This document shows positions 42,185 through 55,029 of a stretch of 64,000 bases of DNA, one piece after another. The stretch spans positions 108,004,001 to 108,068,000 of the forward strand of contig OZ024744.1 of the NCBI GenBank assembly GCA_964016885.1, written 5' to 3'. The stretch is from Eledone cirrhosa. Taxonomy: Eukaryota. The stretch's first letter is position 1. Each line of letters begins with the position of its first letter. The translations under genes and the position numbers were made by a program. The notes beneath the pieces are model-generated. The model searched no databases. It saw only the letters and a program-made list of their open reading frames with translations, and was not told the origin of the DNA.

Positions 42185-45100
42185 TGCAGTTGTTGTGGTA
42201 GTGGCGGTGGTGGTAGTAGCAGTAGGGGTAGTGGTAGTGGCAGTAGTGGTAGTGGCAGTAGTGGTAGTGGTAGTGACAGTAGTGGTAGTGGTAGTAGTGG
42301 TAGTGGCAGTAGTGGTAGTAGTGGTAGAGGCAGTAGTGGTAGTGGTAGTAGTGGTAGTGGTAGTAGTGGTAGTGGTAGTGACAGTAGTGGTAGTGGTAGT
42401 AGTGGTAGTGGTAGTGGTAGTAGTGGTAGTGGTAGTAGCAGCAGTGGTAGTGGTAGTAGTGGTAGTGGCAGTAGTGGTAGTGGTAGTGACAGTAGTGGTA
42501 GTGGTAGTAGTGGTAGTGGTAGTGGTAGTAGTGGTAGTGGTAGTAGTGGTAGTGGTAGTAGTGGTAGTGGTAGTAGCAGCAGTGGTAGTGGTAGTAGTGG
42601 TAGTGGTAGTGGTAGTAGTGGTAGTGGTAGTAGCAGCAGTGGTAGTGGTAGTAGTGGTAGTAGTGGTAGTGGTAGTGGCAGCAGTGGTAGTAGTAGTAGT
42701 GGTAGTAGTGGTAGTGGCAGTAGTGGTAGTGGTAGTAGTGGTAGTGGTAGTGGTAGTGGTAGTAGTGGTAGTGGTAGTGACAGTAGTGGTAGTGGCAGCA
42801 GTGGTAGTGGCAGCAGTGGTAGTGGTAGTAGTGGTAGTAGTGGTAGTGGTAGTGGCAGCAGTGGTAGTAGTAGTAGTGGTAGTAGTGGTAGTGGCAGTAG
42901 TGGTAGTGGTAGTAGTGGTAGTGGTAGTGGTAGTGGTAGTAGTGGTAGTGGTAGTGACAGTAGTGGTAGTGGCAGCAGTGGTAGTGGCAGCAGTGGTAGT
43001 GGTAGTAGTGGTAGTGGTAGTGACAGTAGTGGTAGTGGTAGTGACAGTAGTGGTAGTGGTAGTAGTGGTAGTGGTAGTGGCAGCAGTGGTAGTGGTAGTG
43101 ACAGTAGTGGTAGTGGTAGTAGTGGTAGTGGTAGTGGCAGCAGTGGTAGTGGTAGTGACAGTAGTGGTAGTGGCAGCAGTGGTAGTGGTAGTGACAGTAG
43201 TGGTAGTGGTAGTGACAGTAGTGGTAGTGGTAGTAGTGGTAGTGGTAGTAGTAGTAGTGGTAGTGGCAGCAGTGGTAGTGGTAGTGACAGTAGTGGTAGT
43301 GGTAGTAGTGGTAGTGGTAGTGGCAGCAGTGGTAGTGGTAGTGACAGTAGTGGTAGTGGTAGTAGTGGTAGTGGTAGTGGCAGCAGTGGTAGTGGTAGTG
43401 ACAGTAGTGGTAGTGGTAGTAGTGGTAGTGGTAGTGGCAGCAGTGGTAGTGGTAGTGACAGTAGTGGTAGTGGCAGCAGTGGTAGTGGTAGTGGCAGCAG
43501 TGGTAGTGGTAGTGACAGTAGTGGTAGTGGTAGTAGTGGTAGTGGTAGTGGCAGTAGTGGTAGTGGTAGTGACAGTAGTGGTAGTGGTAGTAGTGGTAGT
43601 GGTAGTAGTAGTAGTGGTAGTGGCAGCAGTGGTAGTGGTAGTGACAGTAGTGGTAGTGGTAGTAGTGGTAGTGGTAGTGGCAGCAGTGGTAGTGGTAGTG
43701 ACAGTAGTGGTAGTGGTAGTAGTGGTAGTGGCAGCAGTGGTAGTGGTAGTGACAGTAGTGGTAGTGGCAGCAGTGGTAGTGGTAGTGGCAGCAGTGGTAG
43801 TGGTAGTGACAGTAGTGGTAGTGGTAGTAGTGGTAGTGGTAGTGGCAGCAGTGGTAGTGGTAGTAGTGGTAGTGGTAGTGGTAGTGGCAGCAGTGGTAGT
43901 GGTAGTAGTGGTAGTGGTAGTGACAGTAGTGGTAGTGGTAGTAGTGGTAGTGGTAGTGGTAGTGGTAGTAGTGGTAGTGGTAGTAGTGGTAGTGGTAGTG
44001 ACAGTAGTGGTAGTGGCAGCAGTGGTAGTGGCAGCAGTGGTAGTGGTAGTAGTGGTAGTGGTAGTGGCAGCAGTGGTAGTGGTAGTAGTGGTAGTGGTAG
44101 TGACAGTAGTGGTAGTGGCAGCAGTGGTAGTGGTAGTGGCAGCAGTGGTAGTGGTAGTGACAGTAGTGGTAGTGGTAGTAGTGGTAGTGGTAGTGGCAGC
44201 AGTGGTAGTGGTAGTAGTGGTAGTGGTAGTGGTAGTGGCAGCAGTGGTAGTAGTAGTAGTGGTAGTAGTGGTAGTGGCAGTAGTGGTAGTGGTAGTGACA
44301 GTAGTGGTAGTGGTAGTAGTGGTAGTGGTAGTGGCAGCAGTGGTAGTGGTAGTAGTGGTAGTGGTAGTGGTAGTGGCAGCAGTGGTAGTAGTAGTAGTGG
44401 TAGTAGTGGTAGTGGTAGTAGTGGTAGTGGTAGTGACAGTAGTGGTAGTGGTAGTAGTGGTAGTGGTAGTGGTAGTGGTAGTAGTGGTAGTGGTAGTAGT
44501 GGTAGTGGTAGTGACAGTAGTGGTAGTGGCAGCAGTGGTAGTGGCAGCAGTGGTAGTGGTAGTAGTGGTAGTGGTAGTGGCAGCAGTGGTAGTGGTAGTA
44601 GTGGTAGTGGTAGTGGTAGTAGTGGTAGTGGCAGTAGTGGTAGTGGTAGTGGTAGTGGCAGCAGTGGTAGTGGTGGTAGTGGTAGTGGCAGCAGTGGTAG
44701 TGGTAGTAGTGGTAGTGGCAGTAGTGGTAGTGGTAGTGACAGTAGTGGTAGTGGTAGTGGCAGCAGTGGTAGTGGTGGTAGTGGTAGTGGCAGCAGTGGT
44801 AGTGGTAGTAGTGGTAGTGGTAGTGACAGTAGTGGTAGTGGTAGTAGTGGTAGTGGTAGTGGTAGTAGTGGTAGTGGTAGTGACAGTAGTGGTAGTGGTA
44901 GTAGTGGTAGTGGTAGTGGTAGTAGTGGTAGTGGTAGTGGTAGTAGTGGTAGTAGTGGTAGTGGTAGTGGTAGTAGTGGTAGTGGTAGTGGTAGTAGTGG
45001 TAGTGGCAGTAGTGGCAGTGGTAGTGGCAGTAGTGGTAGTGGTAGTAGTGGTAGTGGTGGTAGTGACAGTAGTGGTAGTAGCAGTATTGGTAGTGGCAGT

Positions 45101-45830
45101 AGTAGTGGCAGCAGTGGTAGTGGTAGTAGTGGTAGTGACAGTAGTGGTAGTGGTAGTAGTGGTAGTGGCAGTAGTGGTAGTGGCAGTAGTGGTAGTGGCA
45201 GTAGTGGTAGTAGCAGTATTGGTAGTGGCAGTAGTAGTGGCAGCAGTAGTAGTAGTAGTGGTAGTGTCAGTAGTGGTAGTGGCAGTAGTAGTGGCAGCAG
45301 TGGTAGTGGCAGTAGTGGTAGTGGCAGTAGTAGTGGCAGTAGTGGTAGTGGCAGTGGTGGTAGTGGCAGTAGTAGTGGCAGTAGTGGTAGTGGCAGTAGT
45401 GGTAGTGGTGGTAGTGGCAGTAGTGGTAGTAGCAGTATTGGTAGTGGCAGTAGTAGTGGCAGCAGTAAGTAGTAGTAGTGGTAGTGGCAGTAGTGGTAGT
45501 AGTAGTGGCAGCAGTGGTAGTGGCAGTAGTGGTAGTGGCAGTAGTAGTGGCAGTAGTGGTAGTGGCAGTAGTGGTAGTGGCAGTAGTAGTGGCAGCAGTG
45601 GTAGTGGCAGTGGTGGTAGTGGCAGTAGTAGTGGCAGTAGTGGTAGTGGCAGTAGTGGTAGTGGTGGTAGTGGCAGTAGTGGTAGTAGCAGTATTGGTAG
45701 TGGCAGTAGTAGTGGCAGCAGTAAGTAGTAGTAGTGGTAGTGGCAGTAGTGGTAGTAGTAGTGGCAGTAGTGGTAGTGGCAGTAGTAGTAGTAGTGGTAG
45801 TGGCAGCAGTAGTAGTGGTGGTAGAGGCAG
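42185..45830. repeat. 3.6-kb cryptic trinucleotide array (GTA/GTG/GCA/ACA)
   Basis: Continuous triplet periodicity with higher-order blocks. Confidence 0.95.
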
Positions 45831-45974
45831 TTGTTGTTTGTTATGGCGGGTATATTGTGTAATGAAAGTGGTAAAATAGAAACATTTTTTTCGTAGCTTT
45901 CACTTTCCCTTTCCAGGTTGCTAGTCTTGTTGTTGTTGTTGCTGTTGTCGTCGTCGTCGGCGACGAAAAGCAAG

Positions 45975-47325
45975 CCAATGTCAGCTAAAAGAAATAACTA
46001 ACAATGTATACAACATCCTTGACGAGGTGCCAACTAGAACCATCACAGAAACCAACAATCTTATCAGTGCTGCAGGTATCTCCATTGTTAAAGAGTTAGG
46101 CCTGCAACAGACTAGACAAAAGCAGATCAAGGAACGATGGTGGAAAAGAAGAATTGAAGAAGACATGGAAATACTTAGGAAAGATATTAATGTTATGGAA
46201 AGGGAAAAAAACGAGATGGATTAATTAAAAAAAGAGGAAAGATTGAACAACTCACGGGGAAGTACAATACCAGGAGAAAGAAGATACTACAGTAATTGAG
46301 GAGCTGAAATAAGAGGTACTTGACAAAACTGTAAGGATTAAGAGGTATGAACGATGGATCACACAGTGTAAACAGAATATACGTTTCCAACAAATAAGAA
46401 GAGATTCTATTAGGAGATAAATGGCATGGTTAGGAATGATGATGTAATTCTTGATGTGAATGAAAGTAAGAAGTTTTGGAGTGATGTCTGGAGTGTAGGA
46501 GCACAATAGAAGTGTGGAGTGGCTGACAACATAAAAAATAACATTGGGGATAATCAACAGGGATAATTGGAGATAACAACTGATATGGTAACTATCCAGT
46601 GTAGAAAGATACCATACTGGAAAGCTCCCAACAGAGACGGTGTATAAGGGTTCTGGTTGAAAAAGCTGACGGCTCTTCATGGGAGAATTGCTGAGCAACT
46701 GAATAAAATCTTGACTGGAGAAGAGAGGTTGCCAGAATGACTAACCTTTGGGAGAACGATCTTGTGTTTGAAGGACCCCAACAATGGAAATATAGTTGAC
46801 AACTTTAGACCTATCTTTTGCCTCCTCTTAATGTTGAAACTTATGACAGGTGTCATTGCTAAGGCAATATCTGAATACCTGGAGGTGACATTATCTGCAG
46901 AGCAGAAGGGATATTAGAAAAGAAGCAGGGGGGACTAAGGATCAATTGTTGATTAATAAAGCGATAGTTAAAGATTGTAAAAGGTGACACAAATCTTGCC
47001 ATGGCCTGGATCGATTACTGCAAGCCTTATGGCATGGTGGTACCACATAGCACATAGCTGGATAGTGGAATGTTTGAAAATGTTTGGTATTGCAGTTAAC
47101 GTTAGACAGTTTCTGCTGAGCAGTATGGATGGTTGGAAGATTGAGCTGACATCATGTAGACAAACATTGGGAGTTGTGTAGATCAAGAGAGGAATATTGC
47201 AAGGAGACAGTCTTTCTCCATTGATGTTTGTACAGTGTATGGTTCCACTTTCATTGGTATTGAGAAGGTCAAAAGCTGGTTACGAGCGGAGAGAACGCGA
47301 TAAACCGCCTGCTTTTCATGGATGC
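45975..47325 (+). mobile_element. R4/Dong-clade LINE RT region, decayed
   Basis: WKAP..DGV.GFWLK, NFRPI, EQKG, GTKDQLLI, MAWIDY, HSWI and RGILQGDSLSPL motifs. Confidence 0.88.
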
Positions 47326-47906
47326 AGACTTTAGTGAGGTGTATTACTGAAACTTAAAGGTTTGTAATGTTCAGTAATGTACTTTTATTATACCTGTACC
47401 CTAGTATTATACAATGTGTATAATTAAAAATGTTTCTGTGATGTATAAAATAAATCATAAAACATTTTCACCGCTCAGCATCGTTAGGGAAATATGTAGT
47501 GTAGTTGTGAAGGTTGCATTTTATGACCTGTCAAATGATTTTGCGTGGGTGAGTGAGAACTATGTAGTGGCAATGTAGACTTTTTAACTTTCTTAGTGTG
47601 GCCACAGCAAGAAACGTAATAAACTAGGTTCTTCAGTTTACCAAACTGTAAGTCGAAATTATTTTATTTAGAAGAATGGGGTTCGGTGAACACATTGTTG
47701 AGCTAGCCAAGGGCGTTAAATACCCAGGCATTCGCTCTATCTGTTATACTAAAATTTCACTTAATTCGTGAGATGAACAATTCACCAATATTAAGGGTGA
47801 GAATACCCTTTACATATTCGCACAGCTGTTTAAGGTGTAAATATGATTTTATATATGAATATACACATAAAGATATGTGTATGTATGCATGTATATATGT
47901 ATGTGC

Positions 47907-47944
<38 letters not shown>

Positions 47945-48013
47945 GTTATTCCGGGTTGAATCGGAGGTAACCACAGTAAGTAAGGTACTCAATACATTGC
48001 AGAGTATAAATGT

Positions 48014-48127
48014 TTTAATATAGATGAGATTCTACAGGACTAGAACTGTTTCATTCTTTAGAAATCATCATCCTGATGATTTCTAAAGAATGAAACAGTT
48101 CTAGTTCTGTAGAATCTCATCTATATT

Positions 48128-48131
<4 letters not shown>
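48014..48131. repeat. Fold-back inverted repeat centred on a hammerhead-like core
   Basis: Near-perfect arms of about 55 bp; CTGATGA at 48073, GAAA at 48092. Confidence 0.8.
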
Positions 48132-48168
<37 letters not shown>

Positions 48169-48334
48169 CACCACCACCCCACTCTCAAGAGCGTGAAATT
48201 AATAAACATTTGTTTGTACTGCTTCTCTGTTTTGTTCCCGTTCAATTTTTCATTATATATATACATATACACACACGCGCACACACACACGCACACACAC
48301 ACACACACGCACACACACACACATACATATATAT

Positions 48335-48372
<38 letters not shown>

Positions 48373-48764
48373 GTGTGTGTGTGTGTTTGTACGTCGTAGA
48401 AGTTTTATAATAGTACGATGTACGATAGTGTTGCTGGAGAGCATGATTGTGCTGTTGGCGTGATTATGTTTCTATAATGTGATGTAAGATATTTAACTTC
48501 TATTTATAAACAACGAGGAAGGAGGATTAATTTGTGATAGTGGTGCACATGTTTCTTAATAACATATCAAATATTTAAACATTTAATTAAATCAAGGTGC
48601 TCATTTTTCTTATGTTTGTTCCAGGATCCGATTAATCTTCAGATGTTTCTTATCTCCTACTTCACAATATCTTCACCATATTTTATTCCTAGCACAGGAA
48701 TAAAATACTTTAAACATGTTTCCTTTTTTTTTACATTGTAACTAACTTTCACAGAAAATCTTAC

Positions 48765-48840
48765 CATAGATGTTAAGTAGGCAACAAAGGGAGGGAGGTA
48801 TTCTTTTGAGAGACAATAAAGCCACACAGCATAACTTCCA
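48765..48840 (-). other. Candidate 76-bp host exon
   Basis: Acceptor tttttatttcctctctgtAG and donor ATG|GTAAGA in non-repetitive sequence; product not recognised. Confidence 0.45.
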
Positions 48841-49281
48841 CTACAGAGAGGAAATAAAAACAAATGTATGTTTTTTAATCGTTTTAGTCAGGATGAAGAG
48901 AAGTTACCTCGTCCCTTTTCCGGGGCCGTTGAGACAGATTTAATATAACGGGTACCTGGCAGGAATACTTGCAACAATGTGAACTCTGCTAAAGGTGCTC
49001 AGCCTGTTAAACCGGGTGACGGATTACATTAACCACCCTAAGAAGCCACAGCGGGATTCGACCTTAAAAGGCACAGAGCCGGAATAAGTACACTAAGTCA
49101 TTTTGTCTGATTCGCTCACGATTCCGGCAACTTATACTAAAAATAGAAGAAAAGTAGAAAGGTATCTTCAAATTGGAGACCTGGTCCCGAATGCTTGGAA
49201 CAGGGTCAGGTAGTAAACCAGGAAATAGGTGAAGTCTACCACCCCAGGTATCTCAAGTAATAATTGATTCTACTTTTGACA

Positions 49282-50220
49282 TAATTGTTTCTACTTTAGG
49301 CACAAGGCCAGCAATTACCCCAGTGCATTACTGGTACTTTATTTTATCGACCCCGTAAGGATGAAAGGCAAAGTCAACCTCGGCGGGATTTGAACTCAGA
49401 TCGTAAAGGGACGTAACTATGCTGGAAAGCATGGCGTCCGACCCTCTACCGATACTGCCAATCCACTTTGAAGCGACGGGGAAAGACGATTCAATCGACC
49501 CCAGAGCATGACTGGTACTTTATTTTATCGAACCAATAAAGATGAAAGGTAAAGCTAACTTCGGTGGGATTTGAACTCAGAACATAAAGGACCATAACTC
49601 TATGCTGCAAAGCATGTTGTTCGACGCACTACAGATATTGCCAATCCACCGCCCTTATCTCATGTAATAAGATCATTATTTCTAGGTCAGCGTCTGAGTT
49701 CAAATCCCGCCAAGGTTAACTTTGCCTTTCATCCTTACGGGGTCGATAAAATAAAGTACCAGTAATGTACTGGGTAATTGCTGGCCTTGTGCCTAAAGTA
49801 GAAACAATTATTTCTAGGTCAGCGGGCGGCGGTAGAATGACAGAATTGTAACAGCATTAAACAAAAGGCTTTGCAGTATTTGTTCTTGCTCTTTAGTTCA
49901 AACCCCGTTATGGTTAACTTTGGCTTTCATCTTTCTAGAGTCAATAAAATGGAGTATCAGTGAAGTACTAAGATCGAAATAATCGATTTGCCCCCCCCCC
50001 CCCCCCACACCCAAAATTACTGGCCTTGTGACTGATTTTGAAATCATTGTTTACATATCGTCTTTGAGGATTTTGATGTACAAGAAATACCATGGATCTT
50101 TTGTTAGATACATTTTCGCACTGATTACATCGACTTCAGTATTTCACTGATTACTTTATTTTACCGATTCCTGATGGGGGAAAGTGAAAATAGAGCCCAG
50201 CAGGTTTTGAACTTAAAATA
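49282..50220. mobile_element. Cluster of about 5 main-family SINE copies, both orientations
   Basis: Repeated core/B-box matches of varying divergence. Confidence 0.85.
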
Positions 50221-50719
50221 TGGCAGGAAGCTGTAATAGACCTCTTTTGGTTTTGAAGATGAGTGTTCCAGTTTTTCCATCAACTAAACAGACTGCTCAT
50301 GAAATTAAAGTGTAAGTGATTGAGCATTAATTGGACACATATACTTTTAACGTGATTCTCAGGAAGATTCAGTGTGACACAGTATGTGACAAGACTGGTC
50401 CTTTGAATTACAGACACAATCCATTTTGTGTGTTTGTGTGTGTGCGTGTGTGCAGCCATTTTTTGTTTTGTTTCCTGCTGCGTTGTTGTCTTGATTGTGT
50501 TATCACATGACCCTCTTTACCTGAACGGAGAAGAAAAATAAATCACCATTGCCACAACCACACTCACACAAACAACAAAATTGCTGTACTTTTGAATTTT
50601 TGGGATTTCCACCAAGACAAATCCAACTCTCCTAGACTGCGAAAAACAGGCATGAACTGTCACTCTCCATATTCGCTAAACCACGACACTCCCGTTTTTT
50701 TTTTGCACCAAAGTACCTC

Positions 50720-50952
50720 CAAATTCGGTGTCTAATCACGTGATCATCCTCATTCTATCAAATTATATTTTAAACAGATACCAATTTGAGCCACCTTTCT
50801 GTATAAAACTGAAAGAACCATGACATTCCTGGTTTGTGGCGCACAATTACCACAAAATTCGATGACTAATCACGTGATCTCCATCAACCTATCAAATTAT
50901 ACTTCTAACATATAGCAATCCGAGCCATATTTTTTGCATAAAGCTCAAAGAA
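50720..50952. promoter_or_regulatory. Diverged 134-bp duplication with conserved E-boxes, candidate promoter
   Basis: taATCACGTGATc at 50735 and 50869, upstream of a minus-strand donor CAG|GTAAAG at 50521. Confidence 0.35.
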
Positions 50953-51467
50953 ATTCCCAACATCACTTAGATGTGAGTTACAAGTTGTCAGAGATACACA
51001 TCTCTTCATCTACCTCAACATTTGAAAATGATGAAACTTGTGGAAGCAGTAAAGCAATAGGTTATTGAAAATGATCCTTCTTAAAAATTCAAATTGCATT
51101 TTCAATTTCTTTTTCCTATATATGCGACAGGCTTCCACACAATTTCCGCCAGCCAACTTCCATTCACAAGGCATTGCTCTTTCCGAGCATATAGTAAAAG
51201 TAATAATTATTGAAGGTTTTATCAGATTGAAATTAATATTCATTCTAAAAGTTGATGACTCAATTAAGTTGGTTGAAACGTGAGGTTAGCAATATATTTT
51301 TCTTGCTCCCCCATACCACCGTTTCCTCCTCAATAACACCTACTAGACAAAAGCAGCAACCATGTCTCGCCCAGACCAAGCTCTACCATCTACGAAGGTC
51401 TCCTTTAGGATGTTCAATGTCTTCTGAGATGAATTTGGTTGACGAGAACATTTTGTGGAAGCCCGTC

Positions 51468-51517
<50 letters not shown>

Positions 51518-51526
51518 ATATATTCA

Positions 51527-51584
<58 letters not shown>

Positions 51585-51588
<4 letters not shown>

Positions 51589-51955
51589 GTTTCTACTTTT
51601 GACACAAGGCCAGCAATTACCCCAGTGTATTACTGGTACTTTATTTCATCGACCCCGTTAGGATGAAAGGCAAAGTTAACCTTGGCGGGATTTGAACTCA
51701 GTCCGTAAAGGGACGTAACTCTATGCTAGAAAGTATGGCGTCCGACCCTCTACCGATGCTGCCAATCCATAATAATTGTTTCTACTTTAGGCACAAGGCC
51801 AGCAATTACCAGTGCATTACTGGTACTTTATTTTATCGACCCCGTTAGGATGAAAGGCAAAGTTAACCTTGGCGGGATTTGAACTCAGTCCGTAAAGGGA
51901 CGTAACTGTGCTGCAAAGCATGGCGTCCGACCCTCTACTGATACTGCCAATCCAT
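51585..51955 (-). mobile_element. Two tandem main-family SINE copies
   Basis: Reverse-complement matches to 19744-19935. Confidence 0.9.
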
Positions 51956-52107
51956 AATAATATATGTAGTAATAAAAACAGTAAATCGTGTGTTTAAAAT
52001 TACGAGGGTTGAAAACCACGTTTGTTTGAAATATTTAACCATGAAACAGACAGAAAAATATACAGACCGCCTCAATAACTATTACATCTCCCGGACAGAT
52101 TAGGGAT

Positions 52108-52410
52108 TAATCTGTTTCGCCCTGAGTGTGTTTGTAAGGGATAATCCTTGGGCATCATCAGCGAGGGAATCAAATTAAATGCGACAAACACTTAATGCTA
52201 ACATTCACACGAATGAATAAATACCTCACCTCGTGCGCCGTAAGTCAAAAGTGGCGTGAGTGGATTGGCTAGAAATAATAGCCTAATACACACAACTTAT
52301 AAGCTCCCTTTTATTTATATTTCGGCTCCCTTCCTATAAGTGAGCTTATAAGTTGTGTGTATTAGGCTATTATTTCTAGCCAATCCACTCACGCCACTTT
52401 TGACTTACCA
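52108..52410. repeat. Degenerate hammerhead (52108-52165, -) next to a perfect inverted repeat with arms of about 67 bp (52240-52408)
   Basis: CTGATGA-tgccc...gggc-GAAA on minus; gtaagtcaaaag...taagctc / gagctta...cttttgacttac. Confidence 0.7.
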
Positions 52411-52929
52411 GCCAGGTATGTGCCAACTTTGAGGATATAGCGATTAATCTATCCTTAGATTCCTACATTCATTCCAGCCATCCACTAAATGCTATTGAAG
52501 AAATGTTTATAGATACAAGTAAACGACGAGGTAACATTTTACAAATCCGAGGAAAAGTAACACTTGAAAAACACAATAGCTTATATATTCCAATCTGCAA
52601 ACAACACAAAATGCGCATTAGAGATATAAATATGATCTAGTTCACAAGCCCTCCCCTAATCAACAAACACTTTCACAAAGATAAACTACTTCATAAATTA
52701 TTCAACAGAAACTATCTCTCTATTTATTCATTTATTTAATCAATTCAAACGTCCGTATAGAGCTAGTAAGCCATGACAGGCTAGGGGAAATATTTAGTAC
52801 TTCTGCCAGTTGAGAAACAAAAACAAGATATACTGAGATAATTGAATTTAAAGATAAAATAAAATAAATAAAACATTTGAACTGAAGGTAAAATAAACAG
52901 AGAATGGATGAAGAAAAAATGGTAAACAA

Positions 52930-53900
52930 GAGAAACTGTGAAGCAGCTAAGAGGTCCAGTTGAATCTTTTAAACGAAATTAATTGATCTACTCGTGGAGG
53001 AAGCCGAATATGTTGTTTCTTTTTGTATTTAAACTGAACAGTTAACAGATTTTGTTTCCTAGACAACAAGTAAATAAGGGTTAACCCTGCTTCGTAAAAA
53101 ATAGCTATCTTATATAGTTTTGCCAATTTTGGGTACGAAATCTATTGACAGCTTCAAGATAGCTAGAGTTTGTGTCCCCCTAAACCCAGCTGCAAGTTAA
53201 AAGTTGAGCCTTATAGAATCTCAAGTGTTTATATGTTAGGCAGTGGAATTTCTTTGAAATAACTTTAACATGTTGAAGTCATTATTTACAGTGAGTGCTT
53301 GAGATGAGTTTTCCATTTTAAGTCAGATTGTAACCAAATACCAAGGATCTTTATGGAATTTTGTGCTACCAATAATTGGTTCATTGAGTATATTTCGTCA
53401 TATTAATAATTGGTAGGTTCAGGATTATGGAAAGGAACCAATTGTATTTTAGAGGGATCGACTTGTTGGCTATTTTCTTCTGCCCATTCAGTTGCAGTTG
53501 ATAGGGCTGTGCATAATTTGGTTTTGTTGTTGATGATGACACTAGATGAAGTATATAAGTTGACATCAACTGCAAAACCTGATATTTCTACAATTTTATT
53601 TAGAGATGTAAACAAGTCCGTTGTGTAATATAGAAAGAGAATGGGTGAGACTGGCGGTCCCTGTGGGAGACCCTTTAAAAGGTAAATACTTTTGCTTTTC
53701 TCGTTTCCAAGAATCAGACTTGTACTTCGATGAGTGAAAAAGTTTTCAACCCAGTTACAAAGATATTTGGGGATTTCAAATTTGTGTAAATTTTTTACTA
53801 GAGTGTCATGAACCACATTGTCATAAGATCCTTTGTGTCTATTGAGATCAAGCTGGTCGATACTTTCAAGAGTTTTGAGGTTCTGATGAATGTGGTTATT
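52930..53900 (-). mobile_element. I/R1-group LINE RT fragment
   Basis: KGSYDNVVH, GLPQGPPVSPILF, FAVDV and KILGIWL motifs. Confidence 0.8.
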
Positions 53901-54936
53901 TCATGTATATAATTCCGTTTCATGGGAGAAGCTACTATTGCAGAGTGTCTTTGCTTTGTAGCTATAAGTTTGTAACTCTGTCAATGCACGGTGTTAGGAA
54001 TGTGTCACAGCGATTTTAAGGGGACAATATAAAGAAACAATAGCGGAAAAAAACTCACTATTAAAGCAGATATAACAGTATTGTGTAGGAAGATATTAGG
54101 AAAAACTAATCAAAGTAGGCTTTTGACTGTGTTGCCTTAACCTTTTAAAGACCAGTGATGTAAATATTTCAATTATTTGGTTTCTTTTTTGGTGAGTAGT
54201 CACATGTATGTGTTGCTACTGACGTCAGCGAAGCCATAAAACACGTCCAGCATGGACCAGAGACTATACAGTATAGCTTTTTATTAAAAAACAACAAATT
54301 ATAATCACATGATAATTTCAGCCAAATATAAAATAACTGTTATTGTAAAAATATTGTTGTGACCTTTGGGCAAGAATCGTAACTGGATCTTGTGTCAGGT
54401 TACCACAATCGAAATTAATTAAACTCACAACAGTACTATACCGTTCATTAATTTAAGAGAAATCTTATTTAAGAGCTGAATAGACTAGCTTTTTAAAACT
54501 ATTTCAAATACCATCATATGTAAAACACCTGATCGCCATTGAAGCACATTTGGCAAATGCTAATTTTATGTGTGTCAACATTGTATAGCTTCTCTTGGAC
54601 AGAGACGTCACATATAATAGCAGCTGAAAACTGGAAATTATGTCTGACTTACAAATATCACGCCATAAAGTATTCCGTACCAATAATGAACGGAATGCTG
54701 TATTGTGGTCATATTAAGGAATATTTGTTATCTTTCAATGAAAGGAACAAAGTGTCGGCAATGTCCCACATTCCGTGGCAGGTGCCCATTTTGTGTTTTG
54801 TTTCAACAACTAGGATAGAATTTGTTGAAAATTGTCCTGTCTAAATTCCCAGACACGAGCCTAAAGTCATCGCAGGGAAGTTGCTGATGACACTAAACAC
54901 ACACACATATACATACACAAGCATACATACATACAC

Positions 54937-54977
<41 letters not shown>

Positions 54978-55029
54978 TAGATAGATAGTTAGATAGAAAG
55001 ACAGATAGATAGAAAGATAGATAGATAGA

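Noticed and set aside
54136-54880. piggyBac-like end (ttaa-cctttt)
   Set aside because: No matching second TIR or transposase found.
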